From positions 186,001 through 250,000 of the forward strand of contig JBHGNT010000035.1 of the NCBI GenBank assembly GCA_043228905.1: a DNA stretch of 64,000 nt. The letters are read 5' to 3'. A program made the translations under genes and the position numbers. Below the pieces are notes generated by a model, which was given only the letters and a program-made list of their open reading frames with translations, searched no databases and was not told the origin of the DNA. Origin of the DNA: Azolla caroliniana. Its lineage: Eukaryota; Plantae; Polypodiophyta. Shown here one piece after another: positions 43,876 through 58,500 of the stretch; the stretch's first letter is position 1; every line of letters starts with the position of its first letter.

Positions 43876-44053
43876 ATTTTAATTTACCTACTTGCTCTTG
43901 TCAACTCCCACCTCAAATTTGCTAATTTCTTCATGTCGCTCGACCTGAGTTTTAAAATATTGATTTTTTAATTCCATATCATAGCTAGCGTTGTTAGCTT
44001 CGATTCGCATGTTTGAACACAAAAATCCGATATCACACGAGCCAGATATGAAC

Positions 44054-44181
44054 ATTTTAATTTACCTACTTACTCTTGTCAACTCCTGCCTCAAATTAAT
44101 TCCATATCATAGCAAGCGTTGTTAGCTTCAATTCGCATGTTTGAACACAGAAATCCGATATCACACGAGCCAGATATGAAC
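44054..44181 (+). repeat. 128-bp deleted monomer (copy 6, different right flank)
   Basis: Junction at 44097/44098, followed by AGCAAGCGTTGTTAG rather than AGCTAGCGTTGATAG. Confidence 0.93.
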
Positions 44182-47100
44182 ATTTTAATTTACCTACTTG
44201 CTCTTGTCAACTCCCACCTCAAATTTGCTAATTTCTTCATGTCTCTCGACGTGGGTTTCAAAATCTTGACTTTTTAATTCCATATCCTAGCAAGCGTTCT
44301 TAGCTTCGATTCGCATGTTTGAACACAGAAATCCAATATCACAGGAGCCAGATATGAACATTTTAATTTACCTACTTGCTCTTGTCAACTCCCGCCTCAA
44401 ATTTGCTAATTTCTTCATGTCTCTCGACGTGAGTGTCCAAATCTTTATTTTTTAATTCCATATCATAGCAAGCGTTGTTAGCTTCAATTCGCATGTTTGA
44501 ACACAGAAATCCGATATCACACGAGCCAGATATGAACATTTTAATTTACCTACTTGCTCTTGTCAACTCTCACCTCAAATTTGCTAATTTCTTCATGTCT
44601 CTCGACGTGGGTTTCAAAATCTTGACTTTTTATTTCCATATCATAACAAGCGTTGTTAGCTTCAATTCGCATGTTTGAACACAGAAATCCGATATCACAC
44701 GAGCCAGATATGAACATTTTAATTTACCTAGTTGCTCTTGTCAACTCCCACCTCAAATTTGCTAATTTCTTCATGTCGCTCGACCTGATTTTTAAATTCT
44801 TGATTTTTTAATTCCATCTCATAGCTAGCGTTGTTAGCTTTAATTCGCATGTTTGAACACAAAAATCCGATATCACACGAGCCAGATATGAACATTTTAA
44901 TTTACCTACTTACTCTTGTCAACTCCTGCCTCAAATTTGCTAATTTCTTCATGTCTCTCGACGTGAGTGTCGAAATCTTGATTTTTTAATTCCATATCAT
45001 AGCAAGCGTTGTTAGCTTCAATTCGCATGTTTGAACACAGAAATCCGATATCACACGAGCCAGATATGAACATTTTAATTTACCTACTTGCTCTTGTCAA
45101 CTCCCACCTCAAATTTGCTAATTTCTTCATGTCGCTCGACCTGAGTTTTAAAATCTTGATTTTTTAATTCCATATCATAGCTAGCGTTGTTAGCTTCAAT
45201 TCGCATGTTTGAACATAGAAATCCGATATCACACGAGCCAGATATGAACATTTTAATTTACCTACTTGCTCTTGTCAACTCCCACCTCCAATTTGCTAAT
45301 TTCTTCATGTCGCTCGACCTGATTTTTAAAACCTTGATTTTTTAATTCCATATCATAGCTAGCGTTGTTAGCTACGATTCGCAGGTTTGAACACAAAAAT
45401 CCGATATCACACGAGCCAGATATGAACATTTTAATTTACCTACTTACTCTTGTCAACTCCTGCCTCAAATTTGCTAATTTCTTCATGTCTCTCGACTTGA
45501 GTGTCCAGATCTTGATTTTTTAATTCCATATCATAGCAAGCGTTGTTAGCTTCAATTCGCATGTTTGAACACAGAAATACGATATCACACGAGCCAGATA
45601 TGAACATTTTAATTTACCTACTTGCTCTTGTCAACTCCCACCTCAAATTTGCTAATTTCTTCATGTCGCTCGACCTGAGATTTAAAATCTTGATTTTTTA
45701 ATTCCATATCATAGCTAGCGTTGTTAGCTTCGATTCGCATGTTTGAACACAGAAATCCGATATCACACGAGCTAGATATGAACATTTTAATTTACCTACT
45801 TGCTCTTGTCAACTCCCACCTCAAATTTGCTAATTTCTTCATGTCGCTGGACCTGATTTTTAAAATCTTGATTTTTTAATTCCATATCATAGCTAGCGTT
45901 GTTAGCTTCTATTCGCATGTTTGAACACAGAAATACGATATCACACGAGCCAGATATGAACATTTTAATTTACCTACTTGCTCTTGTCAACTCCCACCTC
46001 AAATTTGCTAATTTCTTCATGTCGCTCGACCTGAGTTTTAAAATCTTGATTTTTTAATTCCATATCATAGCTAGCGTTGTTAGCTTCAATTCGCATGTTT
46101 GAACACAGAAATCCGATATCACACGAGCTAGATATGAACATTTTAATTTACCTACTTGCTCTTGTCAACTCCCACCTCAAATTTGCTAATTTCTTCATGT
46201 CGCTGGACCTGATTTTTAAAATTTTGATTTTTTAATTCCATATCATAGCTAGCGTTGTTAGCTTCGATTCGCATGTTTGAACACAAAAATCCGATATCAC
46301 ACGAGCCAGATATGAACATTTTAATTTACCTACTTACTCTTGTCAACTCCTACCTCAAATTTGCTAATTTCTTCATGTCTCTCGACGTGAGTGTCCAAAT
46401 CTTGATTTTTTAATTCCATATCATAGCAAGCGTTGTTAGCTTCAATTCGCACGTTTGAACACAGAAATCCGATATCACACGAGCCAGATATGAACATTTT
46501 AATTTACTAACGCGTTGTTCTAAACTCCCGCCTCAAATTTGCTAATTTCTTCATGTCTCTCGACGTGAGTGTCCAAATTTTGATTTTTTAATTCCATATC
46601 ATAGCAAGCGTTGTTAGCTTCAATTTGCATGTTTGAACACAGAAATCCGATATCACACGAGCCAGATATGAACATTTTAATTTACCTACTTGCTCTTGTC
46701 AACTCCCACCTCAAATTTGCTAATTTCTTCATGTCGCTCGACCTGAGTTTTAAAATCTTGATTTTTTAATTCCATATCATAGCTAGCGTTGTTAGCTTCA
46801 ATTCGCATGTTTGAACACAGAAATCCGATATCACACGAGCCAGATATGAACATTTTAATTTACCTACTTGCTCTTGTCAACTCCCACCTCAAATTTGCTA
46901 ATTTCTTCATGTCGCTCGACCTGATTTTTAAAATTTTGATTTTTTAATTCCATATCATAGCTAGCGTTGTTAGCTTCGATTCGCACGTTTGAACACAAAA
47001 ATCCGATATCACACGAGCCAGATATGAACATTTTAATTTACCTACTTACTCTTGTCAACTCTTGGTTCAAATTTGCTAATTTCTTCATGTCTCTCGACGT

Positions 47101-50100
47101 GAGTGTCCAAATCTTGATTTTTTAATTCCATATCATAGCAAGCGTTGTTAGCTTCAATTCGCATGTTTGAACACAAAAATCCGATTTTACACGAGCCAAA
47201 TATGAACATTTTAATTTACTAACGCGTTGTTCTAAACTCCCTCCTCAAATTTGCTAATTTCTTCATGTCTCTCGACCTCCGTTTGAAAATCTTGATTTTT
47301 TAATTCCATATCATAGCTAGTTTTGTTAGTTTCGATTCGCATGTTTGAACACAAAAATCCGATTTTACACGAGCCAAATATGAACATTTTAATTTACTAA
47401 CGTGTTGTTCTAAACTCCCTCCTCAAATTTGCTAATTTCTTCATGTCTCTCGACGTGGGTTTCAAAATCTTGACTTTTTAATTCCATATCCTAGCAAGCG
47501 TTCTTAGCTTCGATTCGCATGTTTGAACACAGAAATCCAATATCACAGGAGCCAGATATGAACATTTTAATTTACCTACTTGCTCTTGTCAACTCCCGCC
47601 TCAAATTTGCTAATTTCTTCATGTCTCTCGACGTGAGTGTCCAAATCTTTATTTTTTAATTCCATATCATAGCAAGCGTTGTTAGCTTCAATTCGCACGT
47701 TTGAACACAGAAATCCGATATCACACGAGCTAGATATGAACATTTTAATTTACCTACTTGCTCTTGTCAACTCCCACCTCAAATTTGCTAATTTCTTCAT
47801 GTCGCTCGACCTGATTTTTAAAATCTTGATTTTTTAATTCCATATCATAGCTAGCGTTGTTAGCTTCAATTCGCATGTTTGAACACAGAAATCCGATATC
47901 ACACGAGCCAGATATGAACATTTTAATTTACCTACTTGCTCTTGTCAACTCCCACCTCAAATTTGCTAATTTCTTCATGTCGCTCGACCTGATTCTTAAA
48001 ATTGTGATTTTTTAATTCCATATCATAGCTAGCGTTGTTAGCTTCGATTCGCATGTTTGAACACAAAAATCCGATATCACACGAGCCAGATATGAACATT
48101 TTAATTTACTAACGCGTTGTTCTAAACTCCCGCCTCAAATTTGCTAATTTCTTCATGTCTCTCGACGTGAGTGTCCAAATTTTGATTTTTTAATTCCATA
48201 TCATAGCAAGCGTTGTTAGCTTCAATTCGCATGTTTGAACACAGAAATCCGATATCACACGAGCCAGATATGAACATTTTAATTTACCTACTTGCTCTTG
48301 TCAACTCCCACCTCAAATTTGCTAATTTCTTCATGTCGCTCGACCTGAGTTTTAAAATCTTGATTTTTTAATTCCATATCATAGCTAGCGTTGTTAGCTT
48401 CAATTCGCATGTTTGAACACAGAAATCCGATATCACACGAGCCAGATATGAACATTTTAATTTACCTACTTGCTCTTGTCAACTCCCACCTCAAATTTGC
48501 TAATTTCTTCATGTCGCTCGACCTGATTTTTAAGATTTTGATTTTTTAATTCCATATCATAGCTAGCGTTGTTAGCTTCAATTCGCATGTTTGAACACAG
48601 AAATCCGATATCACACGAGCCAGATATGAACATTTTAATTTACCTACTTACTCTTGTCAACTCCTACCTCAAATTTGCTAATTTCTTCATGTCTCTCGAC
48701 GTGAGTGTCCAAATCTTGATTTTTTAATTCCATATCATAGCAAGCGTTGTTAGCTTCAATTCGCACGTTTGAACACAGAAATCCGATATCACACGAGCTA
48801 GATGTGAACATTTTAATTTACCTACTTGCTCTTGTCAACTCCCACCTCAAATTTGCTAATTTCTTCATGTCGCTCGAACTGATTTTTAAAATCTTGATTT
48901 TTTAATTCCATATCATAGCTAGCGTTGTTAGCTTCAATTCGCATGTTTGAACACAGAAATCCGATATCACACGAGCCAGATATGAACATTTTAATTTACC
49001 TACTTGCTCTTGTCAACTCCCACCTCAAATTTGCTAATTTCTTCATGTCGCTCGACCTGATTTTTAAAATTTTGATTTTTTAATTCCATATCATAGCTAG
49101 CGTTGTTAGCTTCGATTCGCATGTTTGAACACAAAAATCCGATATCACACGAGCCAGATATGAACATTTTAATTTACTAACGCGTTGTTCTAAACTCCCG
49201 CCTCAAATTTGCTAATTTCTTCATGTCTCTCGACGTGAGTGACCAAATTTTGATTTTTTAATTCCATATCATAGCAAGCGTTGTTAGCTTCAATTCGCAT
49301 GTTTGAACACAGAAATCCGATATCACACGAGCCAGATATGAACATTTTCATTTACCTACTTACTCTTGTCAACTCCTACCTCAAATTTGCTAATTTCTTC
49401 ATGTCTCTCGACGTGAGTGTCCAAATCTTGATTTTTTAATTCCATATCATAGCAAGCGTTGTTAGCTTCAATTCGCACGTTTGAACACAGAAATCCGATA
49501 TCACACGAGCTAGATATGAACATTTTAATTTACCTACTTGCTCTTGTCAACTCCCACCTCAAATTTGCTAATTTCTTCATGTCGCTCGACCTGATTTTTA
49601 AAATCTTGATTTTTTAATTCCATATCATAGCTAGCGTTGTTAGCTTCAATTCGCATGTTTGAACACAGAAATCCGATATCACACGAGCCAGATATGAACA
49701 TTTTAATTTACCTACTTGCTCTTGTCAACTCCCACCTCAAATTTGCTAATTTCTTCATGTCGCTCGACCTGATTTTTAAAATTTTGATTTTTTAATTCCA
49801 TATCATAGCTAGCGTTGTTAGCTTCAATTCGCATGTTTGAACACAGAAATCCGATATCACACGAGCCAGATATGAACATTTTAATTTACCTACTTGCTCT
49901 TGTCAACTCCCACCTCAAATTTGCTAATTTCTTCATGTCGCTCGACCTGATTCTTAAAATTTTGATTTTTTAATTCCATATCATAGCTAGCGTTGTTAGC
50001 TTCGATTCGCATGTTTGAACACAAAAATCCGATATCACACGAGCCAGATATGAACATTTTAATTTACTAACGCGTTGTTCTAAACTCCCGCCTCAAATTT

Positions 50101-50589
50101 GCTAATTTCTTCATGTCTCTCGACGTGAGTGTCCAAATTTTGATTTTTTAATTCCATATCATAGCAAGCGTTGTTAGCTTCAATTCGCATGTTTGAACAC
50201 AGAAATCCGATATCACACGAGCCAGATATGAACATTTTAATTTACCTACTTGCTCTTGTCAACTCCCACCTCAAATTTGCTAATTTCTTCATGTCGCTCG
50301 ACCTGAGTTTTAAAATCTTGATTTTTTAATTCCATATCATAGCTAGCGTTGTTAGCTTCAATTCGCATGTTTGAACACAGAAATCCGATATCACACGAGC
50401 CAGATATGAACATTTTAATTTACCTACTTGCTCTTGTCAACTCCCACCTCAAATTTGCTAATTTCTTCATGTCGCTCGACCTGATTTTTAAAATTTTGAT
50501 TTTTTAATTCCATATCATAGCTAGCGTTGTTAGCTTCAATTCGCATGTTTGAACACAGAAATCCGATATCACACGAGCCAGATATGAAC

Positions 50590-53500
50590 ATTTTAATTTA
50601 CCTACTTACTCTTGTCAACTCCTACCTCAAATTTGCTAATTTCTTCATGTCTCTCGACGTGAGTGTCCAAATCTTGATTTTTTAATTCCATATCATAGCA
50701 AGCGTTGTTAGCTTCAATTCCCACGTTTGAACACAGAAATCCGATATCACACGAGCCAGATATGAACATTTTAATTTACTAACGCGTTGTTCTAAACTCC
50801 CGCCTCAAATTTGCTAATTTCTTCATGTCTCTCGACGTGAGTGTCCAAATTTTGATTTTTTAATTCCATATCATAGCAAGCGTTGTTAGCTTCAATTCGC
50901 ATGTTTGAACACAGAAATCCGATATCACACGAGCTAGATATGAACATTTTAATTTACCTACTTGCTCTTGTCAACTCCCACCTCAAATTTGCTAATTTCT
51001 TCATGTCGCTCGACCTGATTTTTAAAATCTTGATTTTTTAATTCCATATCATAGCTAGCGTTGTTAGCTTCAATTCGCATGTTTGAACATAGAAATCCGA
51101 TATCACACGAGCCAGATATGAACATTTTAATTTACCTACTGGCTCTTGTCAACTCCCACCTCCAATTTGCTAATTTCTTCATGTCGCTCGACCTGATTTT
51201 TAAAACCTTGATTTTTTAATTCCATATCATAGCTAGCGTTGTTAGCTACGATTCGCAGGTTTGAACACAAAAATCCGATATCACACGAGCCAGATATGAA
51301 CATTTTAATTTACCTACTTACTCTTGTCAACTCCTGCCTCAAATTTGCTAATTTCTTCATGTCTCTCGACTTGAGTGTCCAGATCTTGATTTTTTAATTC
51401 CATATCATAGCAAGCGTTGTTAGCTTCAATTCGCATGTTTGAACACAGAAATACGATATCACACGAGCCAGATATGAACATTTTAATTTACCTACTTGCT
51501 CTTGTCAACTCCCACCTCAAATTTGCTAATTTCTTCATGTCGCTCGACCTGAGTTTTAAAATCTTGATTTTTTAATTCCATATCATAGCTAGCGTTGTTA
51601 GCTTCGATTCGCATGTTTGAACACAGAAATCCGATATCACACGAGCTAGATATGAACATTTTAATTTACCTACTTGCTCTTGTCAACTCCCACCTCAAAT
51701 TTGCTAATTTCTTCATGTCGCTGGACCTGATTTTTAAAATCTTGATTTTTTAATTCCATATCATAGCTAGCGTTGTTAGCTTCAATTCGCATGTTTGAAC
51801 ACAGAAATACGATATCACACGAGCCAGATATGAACATTTTAATTTACGTACTTGCTCTTGTCAACTCCTACCTCAAATTTGCTAATTTCTTCATGTCTCT
51901 CGACGTGAGTGTCCAAATCTTGATTTTTTAATTCCATATCATAGCAAGCGTTGTTAGCTTCAATTCCCACGTTTGAACACAGAAATCCGATATCACACGA
52001 GCCAGATATGAACATTTTAATTTACTAACGCGTTGTTCTAAACTCCCGCCTCAAATTTGCTAATTTCTTCATGTCTCTCGACGTGAGTGTCCAAATTTTG
52101 ATTTCTTAATTCCATATCATAGCAAGCGTTGTTAGCTTCAATTCGCATGTTTGAACACAGAAATCCGATATCACACGAGCTAGATATGAACATTTTAATT
52201 TACCTACTTGCTCTTGTCAACTCCCACCTCAAATTTGCTAATTTCTTCATGTCGCTCGACCTGATTTTTAAAATCTTGATTTTTTAATTCCATATCATAG
52301 CTAGCGTTGTTAGCTTCAATTCGCATGTTTGAACATAGAAATCCGATATCACACGAGCCAGATATGAACATTTTAATTTACCTACTGGCTCTTGTCAACT
52401 CCCACCTCCAATTTGCTAATTTCTTCATGTCGCTCGACCTGATTTTTAAAACCTTGATTTTTTAATTCCATATCATAGCTAGCGTTGTTAGCTACGATTC
52501 GCAGGTTTGAACACAAAAATCCGATATCACACGAGCCAGATATGAACATTTTAATTTACCTACTTACTCTTGTCAACTCCTGCCTCAAATTTGCTAATTT
52601 CTTCATGTCTCTCGACTTGAGTGTCCAGATCTTGATTTTTTAATTCCATATCATAGCAAGCGTTGTTAGCTTCAATTCGCATGTTTGAACACAGAAATAC
52701 GATATCACACGAGCCAGATATGAACATTTTAATTTACCTACTTGCTCTTGTCAACTCCCACCTCAAATTTGCTAATTTCTTCATGTCGCTCGACCTGAGT
52801 TTTAAAATCTTGATTTTTTAATTCCATATCATAGCTAGCGTTGTTAGCTTCGATTCGCATGTTTGAACACAGAAATCCGATATCACACGAGCTAGATATG
52901 AACATTTTAATTTACCTACTTGCTCTTGTCAACTCCCACCTCAAATTTGCTAATTTCTTCATGTCGCTGGACCTGATTTTTAAAATCTTGATTTTTTAAT
53001 TCCATATCATAGCTAGCGTTGTTAGCTTCAATTCGCATGTTTGAACACAGAAATACGATATCACACGAGCCAGATATGAACATTTTAATTTACGTACTTG
53101 CTCTTGTCAACTCCCACCTCAAATTTGCTAATTTCTTCATGTCGCTCGACCTGAGTTTTAAAATCTTGATTTTTTAATTCCATATCATAGCTAGCGTTGT
53201 TAGCTTCGATTCGCATGTTTGAACACAGAAATCCGATATCACACGAGCCAGATATGAACATTTTAATTTACCTACTTACTCTTGTCAACTCCTACCTCAA
53301 ATTTGCTAATTTCTTCATGTCTCTCGACGTGAGTGTCCAAATCTTTATTTTTTAATTCCATATCATAGCAAGCGTTGTTAGCTTCAATTCGCATGTTTGA
53401 ACACAGAAATCCGATATCACACGAGCTAGATATGAACATTTTAATTTACCTACTTGCTCTTGTCAACTCCCACCTCAAATTTGCTAATTTCTTCATGTCG

Positions 53501-55520
53501 CTCGACCTGATTTTTAAAATCTTGATTTTTTAATTCCATATCATAGCTAGCGTTGTTAGCTTCAATTCGCATGTTTGAACACAGAAATCCGATATCACAC
53601 GAGCCAGATATGAACATTTTAATTTACCTACTTGCTCTTGTCAACTCTCACCTCAAATTTGCTAATTTCTTCATGTCTCTCGACGTGGGTTTCAAAATCT
53701 TGACTTTTTATTTCCATATCATAGCAAGCGTTGTTAGCTTCAATTCCCACGTTTGAACACAGAAATCCGATATCACACGAGCCAGATATGAACATTTTAA
53801 TTTACTAACGCGTTGTTCTAAACTCCCGCCTCAAATTTGCTAATTTCTTCATGTCTCTCGACGTGAGTGTCCAAATTTTGATTTTTTAATTCCATATCAT
53901 AGCAAGCGTTGTTAGCTTCAATTCGCATGTTTGAACACAGAAATCCGATATCACACGAGCTAGATATGAACATTTTAATTTACCTACTTGCTCTTGTCAA
54001 CTCCCACCTCAAATTTGCTAATTTCTTCATGTCGCTCGACCTGATTTTTAAAATCTTGATTTTTTAATTCCATATCATAGCTAGCGTTGTTAGCTTCAAT
54101 TCGCATGTTTGAACATAGAAATCCGATATCACACGAGCCAGATATGAACATTTTAATTTACCTACTGGCTCTTGTCAACTCCCACCTCCAATTTGCTAAT
54201 TTCTTCATGTCGCTCGACCTGATTTTTAAAACCTTGATTTTTTAATTCCATATCATAGCTAGCGTTGTTAGCTACGATTCGCAGGTTTGAACACAAAAAT
54301 CCGATATCACACGAGCCAGATATGAACATTTTAATTTACCTACTTACTCTTGTCAACTCCTGCCTCAAATTTGCTAATTTCTTCATGTCTCTCGACTTGA
54401 GTGTCCAGATCTTGATTTTTTAATTCCATATCATAGCAAGCGTTGTTAGCTTCAATTCGCATGTTTGAACACAGAAATACGATATCACACGAGCCAGATA
54501 TGAACATTTTAATTTACCTACTTGCTCTTGTCAACTCCCACCTCAAATTTGCTAATTTCTTCATGTCGCTCGACCTGAGTTTTAAAATCTTGATTTTTTA
54601 ATTCCATATCATAGCTAGCGTTGTTAGCTTCGATTCGCATGTTTGAACACAGAAATCCGATATCACACGAGCTAGATATGAACATTTTAATTTACCTACT
54701 TGCTCTTGTCAACTCCCACCTCAAATTTGCTAATTTCTTCATGTCGCTGGACCTGATTTTTAAAATCTTGATTTTTTAATTCCATATCATAGCTAGCGTT
54801 GTTAGCTTCAATTCGCATGTTTGAACACAGAAATACGATATCACACGAGCCAGATATGAACATTTTAATTTACGTACTTGCTCTTGTCAACTCCCACCTC
54901 AAATTTGCTAATTTCTTCATGTCGCTCGACCTGAGTTTTAAAATCTTGATTTTTTAATTCCATATCATAGCTAGCGTTGTTAGCTTCGATTCGCATGTTT
55001 GAACACAGAAATCCGATATCACACGAGCCAGATATGAACATTTTAATTTACCTACTTACTCTTGTCAACTCCTACCTCAAATTTGCTAATTTCTTCATGT
55101 CTCTCGACGTGAGTGTCCAAATCTTTATTTTTTAATTCCATATCATAGCAAGCGTTGTTAGCTTCAATTCGCATGTTTGAACACAGAAATCCGATATCAC
55201 ACGAGCTAGATATGAACATTTTAATTTACCTACTTGCTCTTGTCAACTCCCACCTCAAATTTGCTAATTTCTTCATGTCGCTCGACCTGATTTTTAAAAT
55301 CTTGATTTTTTAATTCCATATCATAGCTAGCGTTGTTAGCTTCAATTCGCATGTTTGAACACAGAAATCCGATATCACACGAGCCAGATATGAACATTTT
55401 AATTTACCTACTTGCTCTTGTCAACTCTCACCTCAAATTTGCTAATTTCTTCATGTCTCTCGACGTGGGTTTCAAAATCTTGACTTTTTATTTCCATATC
55501 ATAGCAAGCGTTGTTAGCTT
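50590..55520 (+). repeat. Nested 7-monomer then 10-monomer tandem duplications
   Basis: TACTGGCT at 51141, 52387 and 54167, and TACGTAC at 51848, 53094 and 54874, both give steps of +1246 then +1780. Confidence 0.9.
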
Positions 55521-58500
55521 CAATTCGCATGTTTGAACACAGAAATCCGATATCACACGAGCCAGATATGAACATTTTAATTTACCTAGTTGCTCTTGTC
55601 AACTCCCACCTCAAATTTGCTAATTTCTTCATGTCGCTCGACCGGATTTTTAAATTCTTGATTTTTTAATTCCATCTCATAGCTAGCGTTGTTAGCTTTA
55701 ATTCGCATGTTTGAACACAAAAATCCGATATCACACGAGCCAGATATGAACATTTTAATTTACCTACTTACTCTTGTCAACTCCTGCCTCAAATTTGCTA
55801 ATTTCTTCATGTCTCTCGACTTGAGTGTCGAAATCTTGATTTTTTAATTCCATATCATAGCAAGCGTTGTTAGCTTCAATTCGCATGTTTGAACACAGAA
55901 ATCCGATATCACACGAGCTAGATATGAACATTTTAATTTACCTACTTGCTCTTGTCAACTCCCACCTCAAATTTGCTAATTTCTTCATGTCGCTCGACCT
56001 GATTTTTAAAATCTTGATTTTTTAATTCCATATCATAGCTAGCGTTGTTAGCTTCAATTCGCATGTTTGAACATAGAAATCCGATATCACACGAGCCAGA
56101 TATGAACATTTTAATTTACCTACTTGCTCTTGTCAACTCCCACCTCCAATTTGCTAATTTCTTCATGTCGCTCGACCTGATTTTTAAAACCTTGATTTTT
56201 TAATTCCATATCATAGCTAGCGTTGTTAGCTACGATTCGCAGGTTTGAACACAAAAATCCGATATCACACGAGCCAGATATGAACATTTTAATTTACCTA
56301 CTTACTCTTGTCAACTCCTGCCTCAAATTTGCTAATTTCTTCATGTCTCTCGACTTGAGTGTCCAGATCTTGATTTTTTAATTCCATATCATAGCAAGCG
56401 TTGTTAGCTTCAATTCGCATGTTTGAACACAGAAATACGATATCACACGAGCCAGATATGAACATTTTAATTTACCTACTTGCTCTTGTCAACTCCCACC
56501 TCAAATTTGCTAATTTCTTCATGTCGCTCGACCTGAGTTTTAAAATCTTGATTTTTTAATTCCATATCATAGCTAGCGTTGTTAGCTTCGATTCGCATGT
56601 TTGAACACAGAAATCCGATATCACACGAGCTAGATATGAACATTTTAATTTACCTACTTGCTCTTGTCAACTCCCACCTCAAATTTGCTAATTTCTTCAT
56701 GTCGCTGGACCTGATTTTTAAAATCTTGATTTTTTAATTCCATATCATAGCTAGCGTTGTTAGCTTCAATTCGCATGTTTGAACACAGAAATACGATATT
56801 ACACGAGCCAGATATGAACATTTTAATTTACCTACTTGCTCTTGTCAACTCCCACCTCAAATTTGCTAATTTCTTCATGTCGCTCGACCTGAGTTTTAAA
56901 ATCTTGATTTTTTAATTCCATATCATAGCTAGCGTTGTTAGCTTCAATTCGCATGTTTGAACACAGAAATCCGATATCACACGAGCTAGATATGAACATT
57001 TTAATTTACCTACTTGCTCTTGTCAACTCCCACCTCAAATTTGCTAATTTCTTCATGTCGCTGGACCTGATTTTTAAAATTTTGATTTTTTAATTCCGTA
57101 TCATAGCTAGCGTAGTTAGCTTCGATTCGCATGTTTGAACACAAAAATCCGATATCACACGAGCCAGATATGAACATTTTAATTTACCTACTTACTCTTG
57201 TCAACTCCTACCTCAAATTTGCTAATTTCTTCATGTCTCTCGACGTGAGTGTCCAAATCTTTATTTTTTAATTCCATATCATAGCAAGCGTTGTTAGCTT
57301 CAATTCGCATGTTTGAACACAGAAATCCGATATCACACGAGCTAGATATGAACATTTTAATTTACCTACTTGCTCTTGTCAACTCCCACCTCAAATTTGC
57401 TAATTTCTTCATGTCGCTCGACCTGATTTTTAAAATCTTGATTTTTTAATTCCATATCATAGCTGGCGTTGTTAGCTTCAATTCGCATGTTTGAACACAG
57501 AAATCCGATATCACACGAGCCAGATATGAACATTTTAATTTACCTACTTGCTCTTGTCAACTCCCACCTCAAATTTGCTAATTTCTTCATGTCGCTCGAC
57601 CTGATTCTTAAAATTTTGATTTTTTAATTCCATATCATAGCTAGCGTTGTTAGCTTCGATTCGCATGTTTGAACACAAAAATCCGATATCACACGAGCCA
57701 GATATGAACATTTTAATTTACTAACGCGTTGTTCTAAACTCCCGCCTCAAATTTGCTAATTTCTTCATGTCTCTCGACGTGAGTGTCCAAATTTTGATTT
57801 TTTAATTCCATATCATAGCAAGCGTTGTTAGCTTCAATTCGCATGTTTGAACACAGAAATCCGATATCACACGAGCCAGATATGAACATTTTAATTTACC
57901 TACTTGCTCTTGTCAACTCCCACCTCAAATTTGCTAATTTCTTCATGTCGCTCGACCTGAGTTTTAAAATCTTGATTTTTTAATTCCATATCATAGCTAG
58001 CGTTGTTAGCTTCAATTCGCATGTTTGAACACAGAAATCCGATATCACACGAGCCAGATATGAACATTTTAATTTACCTACTTGCTCTTGTCAACTCCCA
58101 CCTCAAATTTGCTAATTTCTTCATGTCGCTCGACCTGATTTTTAAAATTTTGATTTTTTAATTCCATATCATAGCTAGCGTTGTTAGCTTCAATTCGCAT
58201 GTTTGAACACAGAAATCCGATATCACACGAGCCAGATATGAACATTTTAATTTACCTACTTACTCTTGTCAACTCCTACCTCAAATTTGCTAATTTCTTC
58301 ATGTCTCTCGACGTGAGTGTCCAAATCTTGATTTTTTAATTCCATATCATAGCAAGCGTTGTTAGCTTCAATTCCCACGTTTGAACACAGAAATCCGATA
58401 TCACACGAGCCAGATATGAACATTTTAATTTACTAACGCGTTGTTCTAAACTCCCGCCTCAAATTTGCTAATTTCTTCATGTCTCTCGACGTGAGTGTCC

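Noticed and set aside
44475-55536. 67-aa ORFs at 44475, 53553 and 55333
   Set aside because: All come from one TAA>TAT variant copied by array duplications (offsets 1780 and 10858). They are duplication markers, not a gene family.
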